NCBI RefSeq assembly: GCF_900079115.1
Contig: NZ_LT549890.1
Span: forward strand, 1,650,001 to 1,682,000
Reading direction: 5' to 3'
Source of the DNA: Saccharolobus solfataricus
GTDB taxonomy: Archaea; Thermoproteota; Thermoprotei_A; Sulfolobales; Sulfolobaceae
DNA length: 32,000 nt
This document shows positions 1-10,744 of this stretch, piece after piece. The notes beneath the pieces were generated by a model, which worked only from the letters and a program-made list of their open reading frames with translations, did no database searches and was not told the origin of the DNA. Position 1 is the first letter of the stretch. Every line of letters starts with the position of its first letter. Position numbers and translations under genes: made by a program.

Positions 1-200
1 CCAAACTCCTCAATCTCCTCTTTAGTGTTATCCTTAACCTTACTACATACATAATCACATATAACATCAACCCAGGCACGATCTGGGTAAAGTTTCTCAT
101 TTATCTTTATTTCTTTACCTTCAATTTTCACATTATTTAGGAAATACTGATAGTAATCATTATTAAACTCCTTTTTCTCTTTACATTTTTCAATAACCAT
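1..200 (-). CDS. hypothetical protein, N-terminal part only (runs off window edge)
   Basis: The reverse complement of 1-200 reads [67 protein letters not shown] with no stop before the edge. Its ATG (198-200) overlaps the TAA (200-202) of the upstream DxTHG gene as TAATG, which suggests coupling. No domain recognised. Confidence 0.3.
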   Translation of the reverse strand, partial: MVIEKCKEKKEFNNDYYQYFLNNVKIEGKEIKINEKLYPDRAWVDVICDYVCSKVKDNTKEEIEEF

Positions 201-925
201 TAGGGGGCATTTAACTTTAACGACTTAATTATAATCCTCTTTATAGGATCATCGCTTAACCCAACATTTATCTGAGTTAAATCAAAAGTATTCTTTTTCT
301 CTTCCCTCTTAAATATCTCCATGTAAGTATACTCTTTATAGAGATTCGTTGGTACATAATTTATTACCTTAAATTTAAGATCTAATAATGAAGTGAGATT
401 ATACAAAACACGAAAAACTATTATTGGCAAATAATTTACTCCATGTGTAGTATCTAAAACTATTTCATCATCATCAGCATCCTTCAATTCCTCATAAAGC
501 TTCTGAACTAGAAGTGTTTCTACAATATAAGCATAAAGGTATGAAGGTAACTCCCTTTCTTTTAACTCGATCTTACCGTAGTTAAAATCATTTATCTTAC
601 CTACAGCTGGAATCACTATGATACGCGTTTTATTAGCAGCTTCCTTATTAAGAGCATTTTCCACTATACAACTTATGTATTCTTTCACTTTATTTACCCA
701 GCTTTCGTAGTCAGATGGTGTTTTCAGCTTTGAACAATTCTCAGCAACTTTATTCTTCGGCTTAGACTGTGGAGTAAGGACAGAATCTTGCACTATTAGA
801 ATAATTTTTGAAGCGTTGTCGTAAGTAGATATCGTGCTAAAGCTTTTAATCTCCTTATCAGGACGCTTATATTCTACTTCAAACCAACCTGAAGGATCAC
901 CCCACGTGGAAACGTAAACTACCAT
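200..925 (-). CDS. CRISPR-associated DxTHG-motif protein (CARF-like, Csx1/TM1812/MJ1666 superfamily)
   Basis: 241-aa ORF. The motif [10 protein letters not shown] matches the [VIL]-D-x-[ST]-H-G signature of the Cas DxTHG family. The N-terminus [11 protein letters not shown] is typical of these Rossmann-like CARF proteins. Assigned from the motif only. Confidence 0.55.
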   Translation of the reverse strand: MVVYVSTWGDPSGWFEVEYKRPDKEIKSFSTISTYDNASKIILIVQDSVLTPQSKPKNKVAENCSKLKTPSDYESWVNKVKEYISCIVENALNKEAANKTRIIVIPAVGKINDFNYGKIELKERELPSYLYAYIVETLLVQKLYEELKDADDDEIVLDTTHGVNYLPIIVFRVLYNLTSLLDLKFKVINYVPTNLYKEYTYMEIFKREEKKNTFDLTQINVGLSDDPIKRIIIKSLKLNAP

Positions 926-1131
926 ATAAATAAACTAGAATAGCGAAAAATAAATATTGTACTGTCAAGAAATTGCGTATTACTGATAGTGAGCTTTACC
1001 TTTCATGAAACAGTCCCTGCTCATTTTCTCTCCATAAGTTTTATTTGAGCGAATTGAGGGAAATGCTTACTAATACTACAAGCTTGGAGTACCGTTTATG
1101 GAGGAGGTTATGTCAGAGTAATCATTAAAAA

Positions 1132-1563
1132 CTACTTTTGTTTATAGTCCTTTATATGAATTACGAAAGGTAATTCTTTGACTTTTCTAATAAGTCTTTC
1201 ATCAGCAGTATAAACTTTCTCGTTGAGAACCTTACCCAATGCTATATATGCTGCATCATATATTGTTATACCGTATCTAAGAGATAAGGAAACCATTTCG
1301 TCCAATATATTTTCGAATCCGTAAAGCGTTATCTGAAAATCGGATAAAATTTTCCCTACCTCTTCCAGTTCCTTTTCTCCCAGACTATAAGTATACTTTA
1401 ACCCGTTTAGCACTTCAAAGGGAAGAATACAAGGTGCTAGTAAATCCTCTAAGCCTTTCACATATGCCTCCTTAAGAATTAACGCTTCTTTACTATAATT
1501 CTCATTAACAAACCATTTTATTACAACTGAAGCATCTACAACTGCCAATTCTTGTCTCTCCAT
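1132..1563 (-). CDS. vapC: PIN-domain toxin VapC
   Basis: 143 aa. The N-terminal VVDASVVIKW acidic motif and the C-terminal TADERL region are typical of a PIN domain. It overlaps the upstream small antitoxin ORF by 28 nt. Confidence 0.85.
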   Translation of the reverse strand: MERQELAVVDASVVIKWFVNENYSKEALILKEAYVKGLEDLLAPCILPFEVLNGLKYTYSLGEKELEEVGKILSDFQITLYGFENILDEMVSLSLRYGITIYDAAYIALGKVLNEKVYTADERLIRKVKELPFVIHIKDYKQK

Positions 1564-1814
1564 TCCCTTATAATTTCTTCCGAACTCTTACCGCCATAAT
1601 TTAAGAAAAATTCATAAGATCTAACTGAAGCCTCAGCAATCTTCTTATAATCTTTTCTTTTTCCTTTTCTCTTCTCTTCTTCTTCCTCAATTACCTCTTC
1701 TATCTTTCTCCTTATTATCTCACTCCAATTTATATAACTCAACTCATCCATCTTCTTCTTCAACTTCTCATCTATTCTTATACTAATTATAGGCATATGT
1801 AAAAAATATGACAT
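1536..1814 (-). CDS. vapB: ribbon-helix-helix (CopG-like) antitoxin VapB
   Basis: 92 aa. MPIISIRIDEKLKKKMDEL is an RHH beta-strand/helix start, so the likely true start is Met7 at 1796. A charged linker follows. Operonic with vapC. Confidence 0.7.
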   Translation of the reverse strand: MSYFLHMPIISIRIDEKLKKKMDELSYINWSEIIRRKIEEVIEEEEEKRKGKRKDYKKIAEASVRSYEFFLNYGGKSSEEIIREWRDKNWQL

Positions 1815-2177
1815 TCGTATATTATAAAATTTACGTATGCGTAATAAATGTATTATAACTGCTTAAGATTTCGTCTTCTTGCAATTACACAACATTTACA
1901 AAAGGTAGGAAAGCATAGTCCCTTCAAGCAGAGAATTCCCGCTATAAAAATCTTTCCGTATTTATGCATAAGGTAACTCTAGCTTCTCACTTTCGCTAAA
2001 GGTTTGATAAGGGGTTAAGGGTGAAGGTAAGGAGTCAGGATAACGGGCTGGAATATAAACCTTAGAAAGGGAATAAAGACTGTAACACATTTGCATAATT
2101 TTTAAATACTTTTAATCATTTCACAATATGATCTTTATTATGATTATGTTTATATATTATTTCCTCTACATTATAAA

Positions 2178-2453
2178 TTGATGAACTCCATACTGATGAC
2201 GGGCTATGCTCACGAGAGTAGGGGTATTAAAGTAGTTAAGGTTACTGCTAGGTATTTGGACGCTGGCGACGTTTTATTAGAGAGGGATTCGATAGCACCT
2301 CTCAACTTAGCGACAAATACGGATGAGAGGGTAGTGGTGTTTCCCTCGACTAGCCCCAATGAGTTGAGGGTGAGTGTGTATGAGCCCTCAAGAGGGGTGC
2401 CCGTGACGGAATTAGAAGTGGTTAAAAGTAAGCAGAAGTTACGCCACGGGTAA
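2178..2453 (+). CDS. hypothetical small protein
   Basis: 91-aa ORF, somewhat GC-richer than its flanks. No recognisable motif. Confidence 0.3.
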   Translation: MMNSILMTGYAHESRGIKVVKVTARYLDAGDVLLERDSIAPLNLATNTDERVVVFPSTSPNELRVSVYEPSRGVPVTELEVVKSKQKLRHG

Positions 2454-2740
2454 ACACTGATTTAAATAACTGTAAGATTTTCTTTTCAGTTAGACCTAAC
2501 AGTAATCAATGGGACAGAAGAAGTATAACAGATCGCAATTACAACGAGATTAAGGATTATAAACTCAAAATAAAAGCGGCTTCACGCAACGCTAATGGTA
2601 TAGAATTGTCCTATAGAGTTAAGGAGTTTATAAAGGAATGTATTAATTATTATAAAAAGACAAATAAGGAAGAAGAAAATCGATAAACCTACTTAGTTTC
2701 TATCTCAACTCAAAAACCAACTACATATACACCTACTCCT

Positions 2741-3792
2741 CTATTCTCCTATTTTTTCTTCCATCAATTCCTTAATCCTCATTGCATGATTCTTCCAACT
2801 TAACTCCTTAGCTATCTCCCAAGACCTAATACTCATTTCCTTCCTCAATTTCTCGTCCTCCAAAATTTCATTAATCCTATCAACAGCTTCTCCCCAATCC
2901 TTAACAACGTATCCATTATCCTTAATCAGTTCCTTACTCCCTAAACCATCATTTACTATAATTGGCAAACCATAAGACATAGCCTCTAAAACCCCATACC
3001 CGGGCCCTTCTCATTAAATCCAAACCTTATTAAAACAGATGCTCTATTATAGAGATTTTGCAACTCCTCCTCCTTTAAAGGACCAGTTACAATAACGTCT
3101 CCGTATTTTCTTTTAAACTCCTCCAGTGTATCTTTCCTAGCCCACGAACCAGCCATTATAAGTTTCCCCTTAATCCTCTTAGCTATTTCTCCGTAAATTT
3201 CCGGCCTTCTTCCCTCATCCCATAATGATACGGCTAGAACAATCCTTTCCCTATCTAAGTTTATTCTCTCCTTAGGATAACACCCCGGGTAAACAACCTC
3301 AGCTTTAAAACCGTGAGATGATAATATTTCAGCATTCCACCTACTATTAGTTATAATAACCCTACTGTGAGACAAAACAATCTTCTCTAAATATCTGGGT
3401 AAAAACCACTTAACACTCCTTGAGTCTAAGGAAGTCTCATGAATGTAAACACCATAGTCCTCTTTATATTTCCTCCAACGCAAATAACCAGTTAAACCAG
3501 AAAATTGATCATGAAACAATGCCGGGCCTTTAATTAAATCCCTAGCCTTAATTATCCTATCTAAATCTACAGTAGCCTCATCACCCCTATGACCAGCGTA
3601 AATAGACGTTATGAAACGATATATTGCCTTAGATTTACCTTCAAAGAGAACTTGCAAATTAACGTTAGATAAATCGTAATATGTTCTAGCCCTCCTATAA
3701 ACAATAAGCTTAGAGCCCGGTATATTCCTAGCTTCTTCTAATGCAACCCTTGTTACTCCGCCAGTCCATAAAATCCTAAGAACAATATCCAT
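2741..3792 (-). pseudogene. GT4 (group 1) glycosyltransferase, split by a frameshift
   Basis: The 268-aa ORF ends ...FGFNEKGPGMGF*. One frame over, the sequence reads GYGVLEAMSYGLPIIVND..., the canonical E-x7-E / LEAM motif of GT4 enzymes, and continues as the 79-aa ORF. The frame change lies in or near the CCCGGGCCC run at about 2998-3007. Confidence 0.8.
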
Positions 3793-4428
3793 TAAAAAGA
3801 TAAAAGAACCGGGCCTTAAATTTTCTATTGCTTACGTGGTTATTTAAATTCTAATACACAGACCTTTTATTAACCATTCTACACAGGAGAGAAGAACAAA
3901 TTGTATTGATAGTCTCAGTTGATACTTTACTAATTCAACTTATATTGCCATCAAAACTCTCTATGAGCAGCATGATATTTTAACATATTTATTAACATGA
4001 GCAATACGTCACAACTATTTTCTTGGTCTAATTTTTTAATCTCATCTTCTATTTGCTCATATTGAAGGTATATAACCTCAATTTCATTTAACTCCTCAAG
4101 ATTAACTTTTACATTAGAAACATTAATGAGATAACTATAGTCTTTTTCATAATAATTGCAAAGGAGTAAAAGGGTTATTAATGGAGGAATGTTGGAAATA
4201 AGTGGGTTAAGGGATTTAACTGGCTATTCTTTGTATAGACAAAAGCTATTTCTCTTCGCACTTATTAAGAAATTGACTATATTTCTTAGTCTTAACCATG
4301 TTGACGATTGAGTCTTAATCTTTTCAATAATTGTTGTAGCTATGTCATTAACAGAACTAGGAATTATCACATAATAAAGTGCTAGGAAAAATTGATACTT
4401 AATAAGATGATCATTGTAAATTCTACTT

Positions 4429-4623
4429 CTAATATCTTAGCTGAGGATTATTGCATTTGTCTAATAAAATTTCAATAAGACATTTACTTATCTCTTCAAT
4501 TGCGGAAAGAAGCAAGAAAACTAAAAGATTGTTACTGATATTAATCTTCTTTTTTCCTTCTTGGTAGAGTTTATAAAAATCTTCACTATTCTTTTTTATC
4601 CTTTTTCTTAAATCCTTACCCAT
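4429..4623 (-). CDS. hypothetical 64-aa ORF (weak)
   Basis: Overlaps the end of the 148-aa ORF by 16 nt. Further unlisted ORF fragments lie downstream at 3960-4430, so it may be part of a decayed gene. Confidence 0.2.
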   Translation of the reverse strand: MGKDLRKRIKKNSEDFYKLYQEGKKKINISNNLLVFLLLSAIEEISKCLIEILLDKCNNPQLRY

Positions 4624-5054
4624 CTTCCGTTCCTTTTCTCACAAGAAAGGAGTATAGCCTCACCTTTCTCAATGAGTTTTCCGACAGAATAACCTGCTAA
4701 TCCAGAAAGAACTGCTATAAGCAAACCTACATCAAGCCTCTTAGTTGATCCTCCACCTACTATACCTCCCACTGTTGCACCTACTCCAGCTCCCTCATAC
4801 TCATAAGTAATAACACTTGAAACGATTATTCTTGTAACCATGACTCCTATTCTTGAGAGTAGTTCGTCAATTTCCTCACACTGCATTATTCTAACATTAT
4901 CAGGAGTTCTGAATGAGAGTGAAATCTTATAACCTTTCTTGCTTACTCTAACATCGTCATCCAGATTGCTTAAAAGAGACTTTAAGACATTCTTAATATC
5001 AGCTTCTCTCAACGTAGAGTAACCATCAATAATATACCTTATATGTTTTTTCAC
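4608..5054 (-). CDS. hypothetical protein with a glycine-zipper hydrophobic segment
   Basis: 148 aa. GAGVGATVGGIVGGGS followed by LLIAVLSGLAGYSVG looks like a glycine-zipper membrane segment. No family recognised. Confidence 0.4.
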   Translation of the reverse strand: MKKHIRYIIDGYSTLREADIKNVLKSLLSNLDDDVRVSKKGYKISLSFRTPDNVRIMQCEEIDELLSRIGVMVTRIIVSSVITYEYEGAGVGATVGGIVGGGSTKRLDVGLLIAVLSGLAGYSVGKLIEKGEAILLSCEKRNGRWVRI

Positions 5055-5340
5055 ATTATTTTTTCTTCTTTCCTAGCTTAAATATATTCATAAACTTAAA
5101 CGAGTCATAATCTTCTGAGAACTCTATCAAGTCTATAATGCGACTGACTTTGTATTGCCTTAGCACTTAAATTAGTCATCCAAGAATGTACGAAACTTGA
5201 AACTAAATATTCTTAATTATGATTATCAACTAAAAAGAGGTATTTTTAACGTAACGTGAAAGACTGAAGGTATCTTCATATTGAACTTATTAGCACTTAT
5301 CAAACGCCTAATAACTTTTGTTAACTACTAATCAGTCAGT

Positions 5341-6160
5341 ATGAGAATTCTGCTGATTGGTGCATCGGGACAACCTGGAGTCGAACTTTCAAACATAACT
5401 CTCTAAAAAGTACGAGGTTATAAAAACTTACAATTCTTCTGAAATTCAAGGTTACAAATTAGACATCACTGACTTTCCACATCTAGAGGACTTTATAATA
5501 AAGAAGAGACCAGATGTAATAATAAATACTGCTGCAATGACTGACGTAGATAAATGCGAAATAGAAAAAGATAAGGCTTACAAAATTAATTCACAAGCAG
5601 TGAAACACATTGTAAGGGCTGGGAGGGTAGTTGATTCATACGTAATTCACATAAGTACTGATTACGTATTTGATGGAAATAAGGGAAATTATAAAGAAGA
5701 TAATATACCTAATCCCATAAACTATTACGGCTTAAGTAAGCTTTTGGGAGAAATATTTGCCTCATCATATGACGAAAGTTTGATAATTAGAACTTCTGGA
5801 GTATTTCGAAACAAAGGATTCCCAATCTACGTCTATAAAACACTAAAAGAAGGTAAAACAGTGCTTGCCTTTAAAGGCTACTATTCCCCAATCTCCGCGA
5901 GAAAACTAGCTCTTGCAATAGATGAGCTTTTAGATTTGAGAAAGACAGGAATAATCCACGTAGCTGGAGAAAGAATATCCCGTTACGAATTAGCTATAAA
6001 GATTAAGGAAAAGTTCAACCTACCCGGAGAAGTTAAGGAAGTTGATGAGATAAAGAGCTGGATAGCTAAGAGACCCTACGATTCCTCATTAGACATTTCT
6101 AAGGCTAGGAAATTACTTACAATAGATTTTTACACACTGGATTTAGAAGGGATGATTTAA
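5341..6160 (+). pseudogene. rmlD: dTDP-4-dehydrorhamnose reductase RmlD, N-terminus detached by a frameshift
   Basis: 5341-5406 encodes the Rossmann start MRILLIGASGQPGVELSNITL*. The next frame continues SKKYEVIKTYNSSEIQGYKLDITD...AAMTDVDKCE into the 207-aa ORF, which has STDYVFDG and YGLSK motifs. The shift lies at the ctctaaaaag A-run, about 5398-5410. Confidence 0.8.
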
Positions 6161-6162
6161 AA

Positions 6163-7197
6163 ATGGAGGCAGTAATCTTACACGGAGGACAAGGAACTCG
6201 TTTAAGACCATTAACTCATACTGGTCCTAAGCAATTAATAAAAGTTGCAGGAAAGCCAATATCCCAGTGGGTTTTAGAACAAATTAGGGATTCTGGAATT
6301 AAAGATATATTACTAATTTTAGGAGATAATACTCCTACACGTGTTGTAGATTACTACGGTGATGGGAGCAAATTTGGAGTAAACATTACTTACGTTTATC
6401 AAGGGAAAGCAAGGGGTTTGGCTGACGCAGTATATAGGGTTAAGGATTTGGTATCTGAGAAATTCCTAGTGTACTTAGGTGATAACTTAGTCTTTTATGA
6501 TCTGAGGAAGTTTCTATCCTTTAAAGGATCGGCATCAATTCTTTTAGCTAAGGTTGATAATCCTAATCGTTTCGGAGTTGCAGTAATAAATGAGAATAAA
6601 GTGATAAGATTAGTTGAAAAGCCTAAGGAAAAAATTTCCGATTTAGCTTTGGTAGGGGTTTACGGTTTTACAGATGAAATTTTCGAAGTAATTGAAAAAC
6701 TAAAACCTAGCTGGAGAGGAGAATTAGAAATTACTGACGCAATTCAAGGTTTGATAAATGAAGGTAAGGAAGTAAACTACGAAATTATACAAGGTTGGTG
6801 GAAGGATACTGGAACTCCTAAGGATATCTTAGAAGCAAACTCCTTCTTACTGGATAGGTATGCTGAAAGGAAGATTGAAGGTGAAGTAGAAAATTCGACA
6901 ATAGACGGTAGAGTTATATTGGAGAAAGGAGCTGTAGTAAAAAACTCCGTAATTAGAGGCCCAGCTTACATAGGTAAGGATACTAAGATAATTAATTCTT
7001 ACATAGGACCTTTCACTTCAATAGGGGATTTAAGTGAAATATCCGGCAGCGAGATTGAGTACAGTGTAATCCTCGATAACGTTAGGATTAAAGGTGTTTC
7101 ACTAATGGATTCTCTAATTGGAAATAATTCAACTGTAGAAAAGGGTACTAAATGGCAAAAGTTGATAATAGGTGAGAACTCATCGGTGATAATATGA
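6163..7197 (+). CDS. rmlA: glucose-1-phosphate thymidylyltransferase (long archaeal form with a C-terminal left-handed beta-helix)
   Basis: The motif GGQGTRLRPLTHTGPKQL is the nucleotidyltransferase signature. The C-terminus has hexapeptide-like repeats. It sits between rmlD and rmlB and overlaps rmlB by 4 nt. Confidence 0.85.
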   Translation: MEAVILHGGQGTRLRPLTHTGPKQLIKVAGKPISQWVLEQIRDSGIKDILLILGDNTPTRVVDYYGDGSKFGVNITYVYQGKARGLADAVYRVKDLVSEKFLVYLGDNLVFYDLRKFLSFKGSASILLAKVDNPNRFGVAVINENKVIRLVEKPKEKISDLALVGVYGFTDEIFEVIEKLKPSWRGELEITDAIQGLINEGKEVNYEIIQGWWKDTGTPKDILEANSFLLDRYAERKIEGEVENSTIDGRVILEKGAVVKNSVIRGPAYIGKDTKIINSYIGPFTSIGDLSEISGSEIEYSVILDNVRIKGVSLMDSLIGNNSTVEKGTKWQKLIIGENSSVII

Positions 7198-8132
7198 TAA
7201 TTATAGGCGGTGCTGGTTTCATAGGTTCAGCGTTTGTAAGGGAGGTTAATAAAAGAGGAATTAAACCAATAGTAGTGGACTTATTAACTTATGCTGGAAG
7301 GAAGGAGAACCTCATAGGTACGGAACATGAGTTTATAAGGGCTGATGTGAGAAGTGAGGAAATTCATGATATAGTTAAGAATTCTGATATAGTTGTAAAT
7401 TTTGCAGCCGAAACTCACGTTGATAGGTCTATTTATAGGCCTCAGGATTTCGTAACTACTAATGTGTTAGGAGTAGTGAACTTACTGGAGGCTGCTAGAA
7501 AATATGATTTTAAATATGTTCATATTTCAACAGATGAGGTTTACGGTGAGGAGTGCGCAGATGAGGATTCGCCTTTACAACCTTCTTCTCCTTACAGTGC
7601 CTCAAAAGCTTCTGCTGATTTATTCGTTAAGGCTTACGTAAGGACTTACGGAATTAAGGCAATTATTGTAAGACCTTCTAATAATTACGGACCTAGACAG
7701 TTTCCTGAGAAGCTTATTCCAAAAGTTATCATAAGAACTTTTCTAAACATGCACGTTCCAATTTACGGTGATGGTAGAGCTGAGAGAGATTGGATTTACG
7801 TTGAGGATACTGTTAGAATAATATATGATATTATGGAGAGAAGTGAGTGGAGGGGAGAAGTATACAATATACCCGGAGGGCAAAGGTATAGCGTTCTTGA
7901 CGTGATAAAGATCATAGGGGAGATAATGGGGAAAGAGGTTAAAGTTAAGTTCGTTGACGATAGGCCGGGACATGATAAAAGATATTGCATGACTACGAAG
8001 CTTAAGTATGAGGTTACACCGTTAAAGGAGGGGTTGAGAAAGACTGTGGAGTGGTATTTGAATAATAGATGGTGGTGGGAGGATTTAATAAAGGATAAGT
8101 TCTTTACTGAGGATGAACCTTGGAAGAAATAA
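7194..8132 (+). CDS. rmlB: dTDP-glucose 4,6-dehydratase
   Basis: GGAGFIGSAF Rossmann motif, ISTDEVYG, the YSASKASAD catalytic YxxxK, and DDRPGHDKRY. 312 aa. Confidence 0.92.
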   Translation: MIIIGGAGFIGSAFVREVNKRGIKPIVVDLLTYAGRKENLIGTEHEFIRADVRSEEIHDIVKNSDIVVNFAAETHVDRSIYRPQDFVTTNVLGVVNLLEAARKYDFKYVHISTDEVYGEECADEDSPLQPSSPYSASKASADLFVKAYVRTYGIKAIIVRPSNNYGPRQFPEKLIPKVIIRTFLNMHVPIYGDGRAERDWIYVEDTVRIIYDIMERSEWRGEVYNIPGGQRYSVLDVIKIIGEIMGKEVKVKFVDDRPGHDKRYCMTTKLKYEVTPLKEGLRKTVEWYLNNRWWWEDLIKDKFFTEDEPWKK

Positions 8133-8835
8133 TTTACTTTACATCAAGTGATTGTGTTGAGTAATGATCAGTCTTTTTCTTAGTTAATGTAAAAAGAAAA
8201 CTGTACTTGCTAAAATATATCTGTTTACTTCCATTGTTAGTTCATTTTTTAACGTCTTAAATTATACTTTCCGAGATTTAAAAGGGCAAGATTTCCTCCT
8301 AGTAATTTTAGAAACGTCTCATTTTAAACCATAACTAAGTGTTTAATTAGAAATTTTACGTGTTGGCTCAAAGCCAGAAGATAATTGTTTTGTTCATTAT
8401 TTCAATTTTCTCAGATCTTAATCTTGTTAAATTTAAAAATTAAGCGCTGATTTAAAAGTAAGCTTAACGTATTCTCAACTAAAAATTGAAGAAATCTATC
8501 AAATATCAAACCAGATAACATATATATGTTCAGTATATATGCCCGTCTTTTTCACTGCGTAATAAAAATTCTTCTCGTTTCCCAAGATCTGTGAACTATA
8601 TTCGTTTCAAATTATTCTAATATGCTATGATTTTGTGAATCTCATCTCAATTATTCAATTTCTTGTTAAATAGTCTATAAGATATCTTTCCTAGAAATAA
8701 TTTGGTGTAAATTTTATTTGCTAAAGATTTATGAGCACTCCCTTTAACCAAAACATTTTATGTATTAACTTCCTTTAGTTAGCCTAAAATATTCCAAAAA
8801 TTTTGAAGTTAACAGAAATATAAGAAGACACTAAA

Positions 8836-10242
8836 TTACGTTAGTTTACTTAAAATTTTCGACACGAATTTTAACCCATGTGGCAAGAAACCTTCAATTA
8901 TTTTAACGTCCTCTTCAGTGATTATTTTAAACAGTTTAAACACTAAAAGTATAAGAAGAATTAGGAGAAAATCTAGAAACGGAGGATCTATAGCCTCATA
9001 AATTCCTACTACGGGTATGAGGAAAAGTAAAATTATTTCTTTCCTTCCAGTTGAAAATACCGATGTTCTTATAGAGTAAAATATGATAAAGAGAGAAGAA
9101 ATTGTAGCTACTATAACTTGAGATATAGCACCACCCATTATTCCTATCCTCGGAATTAATAAATAGGAAGTAAGTAAGACTAAACTTCCGTTTAAAATTG
9201 AAAGGATAAGGAAAGGTCTTAAGTTTCTCTTGAACGCTACAATAAAATTCGTAAGAGAACCTATAGGAAACGGAAGAGTAGCCGAAATCAAGAGTAACAC
9301 GAATACTTCTAATCCCTCTTTATAATTAGGAAAGAAATGAATAATTATGATCTCACCTATCGGAATAGAAATTATTACTGTTAGAAAAGTTAAAAGCGAG
9401 AGGAATATAAAAGAAAGAGACGACATCTTCTTTTCATCCTTCCCTAAAGCCTTATAAAATGACGCGGTAGGTAACAAAACCCCACCTAAGGCACCTAAAA
9501 TCATTGAGGGAACACCAGCAACTAAAGCTGAAAACTGATAAATGCCCAGATAATAAGAACCTAGCAAATACGCAGTAGTTACCCTATCCCCTTGGGAGGA
9601 AAGAAAACCAGCAAAAGAAGATAAATAAACAGGTAAACCTTCCCTAAAATGCCTAAAGAGAAAGGCAAAGTCTGGCGTAGGAAGTACTAACCCAACCTTT
9701 TTGCTAATAAATGCGTAATTCATAGATACTGAGAGAATTCCTCCCAAAGTCCAAATTTTAACGAAGAGATATATATTGTGGTAGAGAACAGCGATTATTG
9801 CTATCCCCCATCTTATGACTAGAAAGAAGTTTCCAGTAATTGCAGATTCTGTAAACATATCCATTCCTATCATCACTGCTGTCATTACGCCATTAAGGAG
9901 GTAAAGGAAAAGATAAGGTATTGCTAACTTAACGTAATCTGGAAAAATAAGAAGGATGAGGAAAATCGGTAAAACTAGAAAAGGAAATGAAAGGAATTTT
10001 CCTACTACCTCTTTAGTTATCTCTTTTTTAGCGTAAAGATAAGATATTTCCCTAGTTATTATTTGGCCTGGAATAAAGTAAAAGAAAGTCGACGTTACTA
10101 TCTCAAGTAATTGAACTATCGCAACTTTTCCGAAGAATGCTGGACTAGAAATCTTAGCTGTAATAACGAAGAAAATTAAAGCAATTATTACATTAGTTGT
10201 TGTGACGCTTAGGTTCTTCAATGCATTCTTAATGGGATTCAT
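8836..10242 (-). CDS. polysaccharide/oligosaccharide flippase (Wzx-like, MOP superfamily)
   Basis: 468 aa, hydrophobic throughout with about 12-14 predicted helices. Located in a glycan biosynthesis context. Confidence 0.75.
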   Translation of the reverse strand: MNPIKNALKNLSVTTTNVIIALIFFVITAKISSPAFFGKVAIVQLLEIVTSTFFYFIPGQIITREISYLYAKKEITKEVVGKFLSFPFLVLPIFLILLIFPDYVKLAIPYLFLYLLNGVMTAVMIGMDMFTESAITGNFFLVIRWGIAIIAVLYHNIYLFVKIWTLGGILSVSMNYAFISKKVGLVLPTPDFAFLFRHFREGLPVYLSSFAGFLSSQGDRVTTAYLLGSYYLGIYQFSALVAGVPSMILGALGGVLLPTASFYKALGKDEKKMSSLSFIFLSLLTFLTVIISIPIGEIIIIHFFPNYKEGLEVFVLLLISATLPFPIGSLTNFIVAFKRNLRPFLILSILNGSLVLLTSYLLIPRIGIMGGAISQVIVATISSLFIIFYSIRTSVFSTGRKEIILLFLIPVVGIYEAIDPPFLDFLLILLILLVFKLFKIITEEDVKIIEGFLPHGLKFVSKILSKLT

Positions 10243-10437
10243 TCAGTTTAGTTCTTAAGAGAAAAATATTAAAGCTTTTCTTATAGCCTTACTTTATGGA
10301 TTGGTCAAAGGTATTACTACTTTATGGATTACTTCAAAATTTATCTAAACTAACGATAAATTTATTTTCAATTTAATGTTAGATTTAGAATTTAAGAAAG
10401 CTTAACGAGACTAACATTTAAGAAAATTGAAGGATTC

Positions 10438-10590
10438 GGGCTATTCAAGTGCCTTTTGCGAATCGTAATTTCTAAATAATCCTGTTGTAAATTGGTAATC
10501 GTGTTTCTCTGCTAATTAGTCACCTTCATTTAGTTAATTTTGTAGCAATTTTTGAAATGAAATGAATTCGCAATGGATAACTGAATCGCC
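10438..10590 (+). mobile_element. MITE copy 1 (SM-type, same family as 15491, 17936, 21884, 29084)
   Basis: Its termini GGGCTATTCAAGTGCCTTTTGCGAAT... and ...GAATTCGCAATGGATAACTGAATCGCC are alignable with the other four copies. It is slightly shorter, and no clear target duplication is seen. Confidence 0.6.
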
Positions 10591-10744
10591 TGGAAAACTC
10601 TACAAATTCACACAGTACTTGGCAGATCATTGATAAACTATTCTAGAATATTTTATAATATTAGTAGTAAAGTACGTTTATAATACTAAAACTTTATAAT
10701 TCCAGAAAAATGCTCCATAGGAATGGAATAATATACAAAGCAAT

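Noticed and set aside
2455-2697. Open frame ..VRPNSNQWDRRSITDRNYNEIKDYKLKIKAASRNANGIELSYRVKEFIKECINYYKKTNKEEENR* downstream of the 91-aa ORF
   Set aside because: It has no plausible start codon and no recognisable motif. It may be a gene remnant, but the evidence is insufficient to call a feature.
7743-7990. ORFs 7743-7973 (-) and 7796-7990 (-)
   Set aside because: They are antisense to the well-supported rmlB gene.
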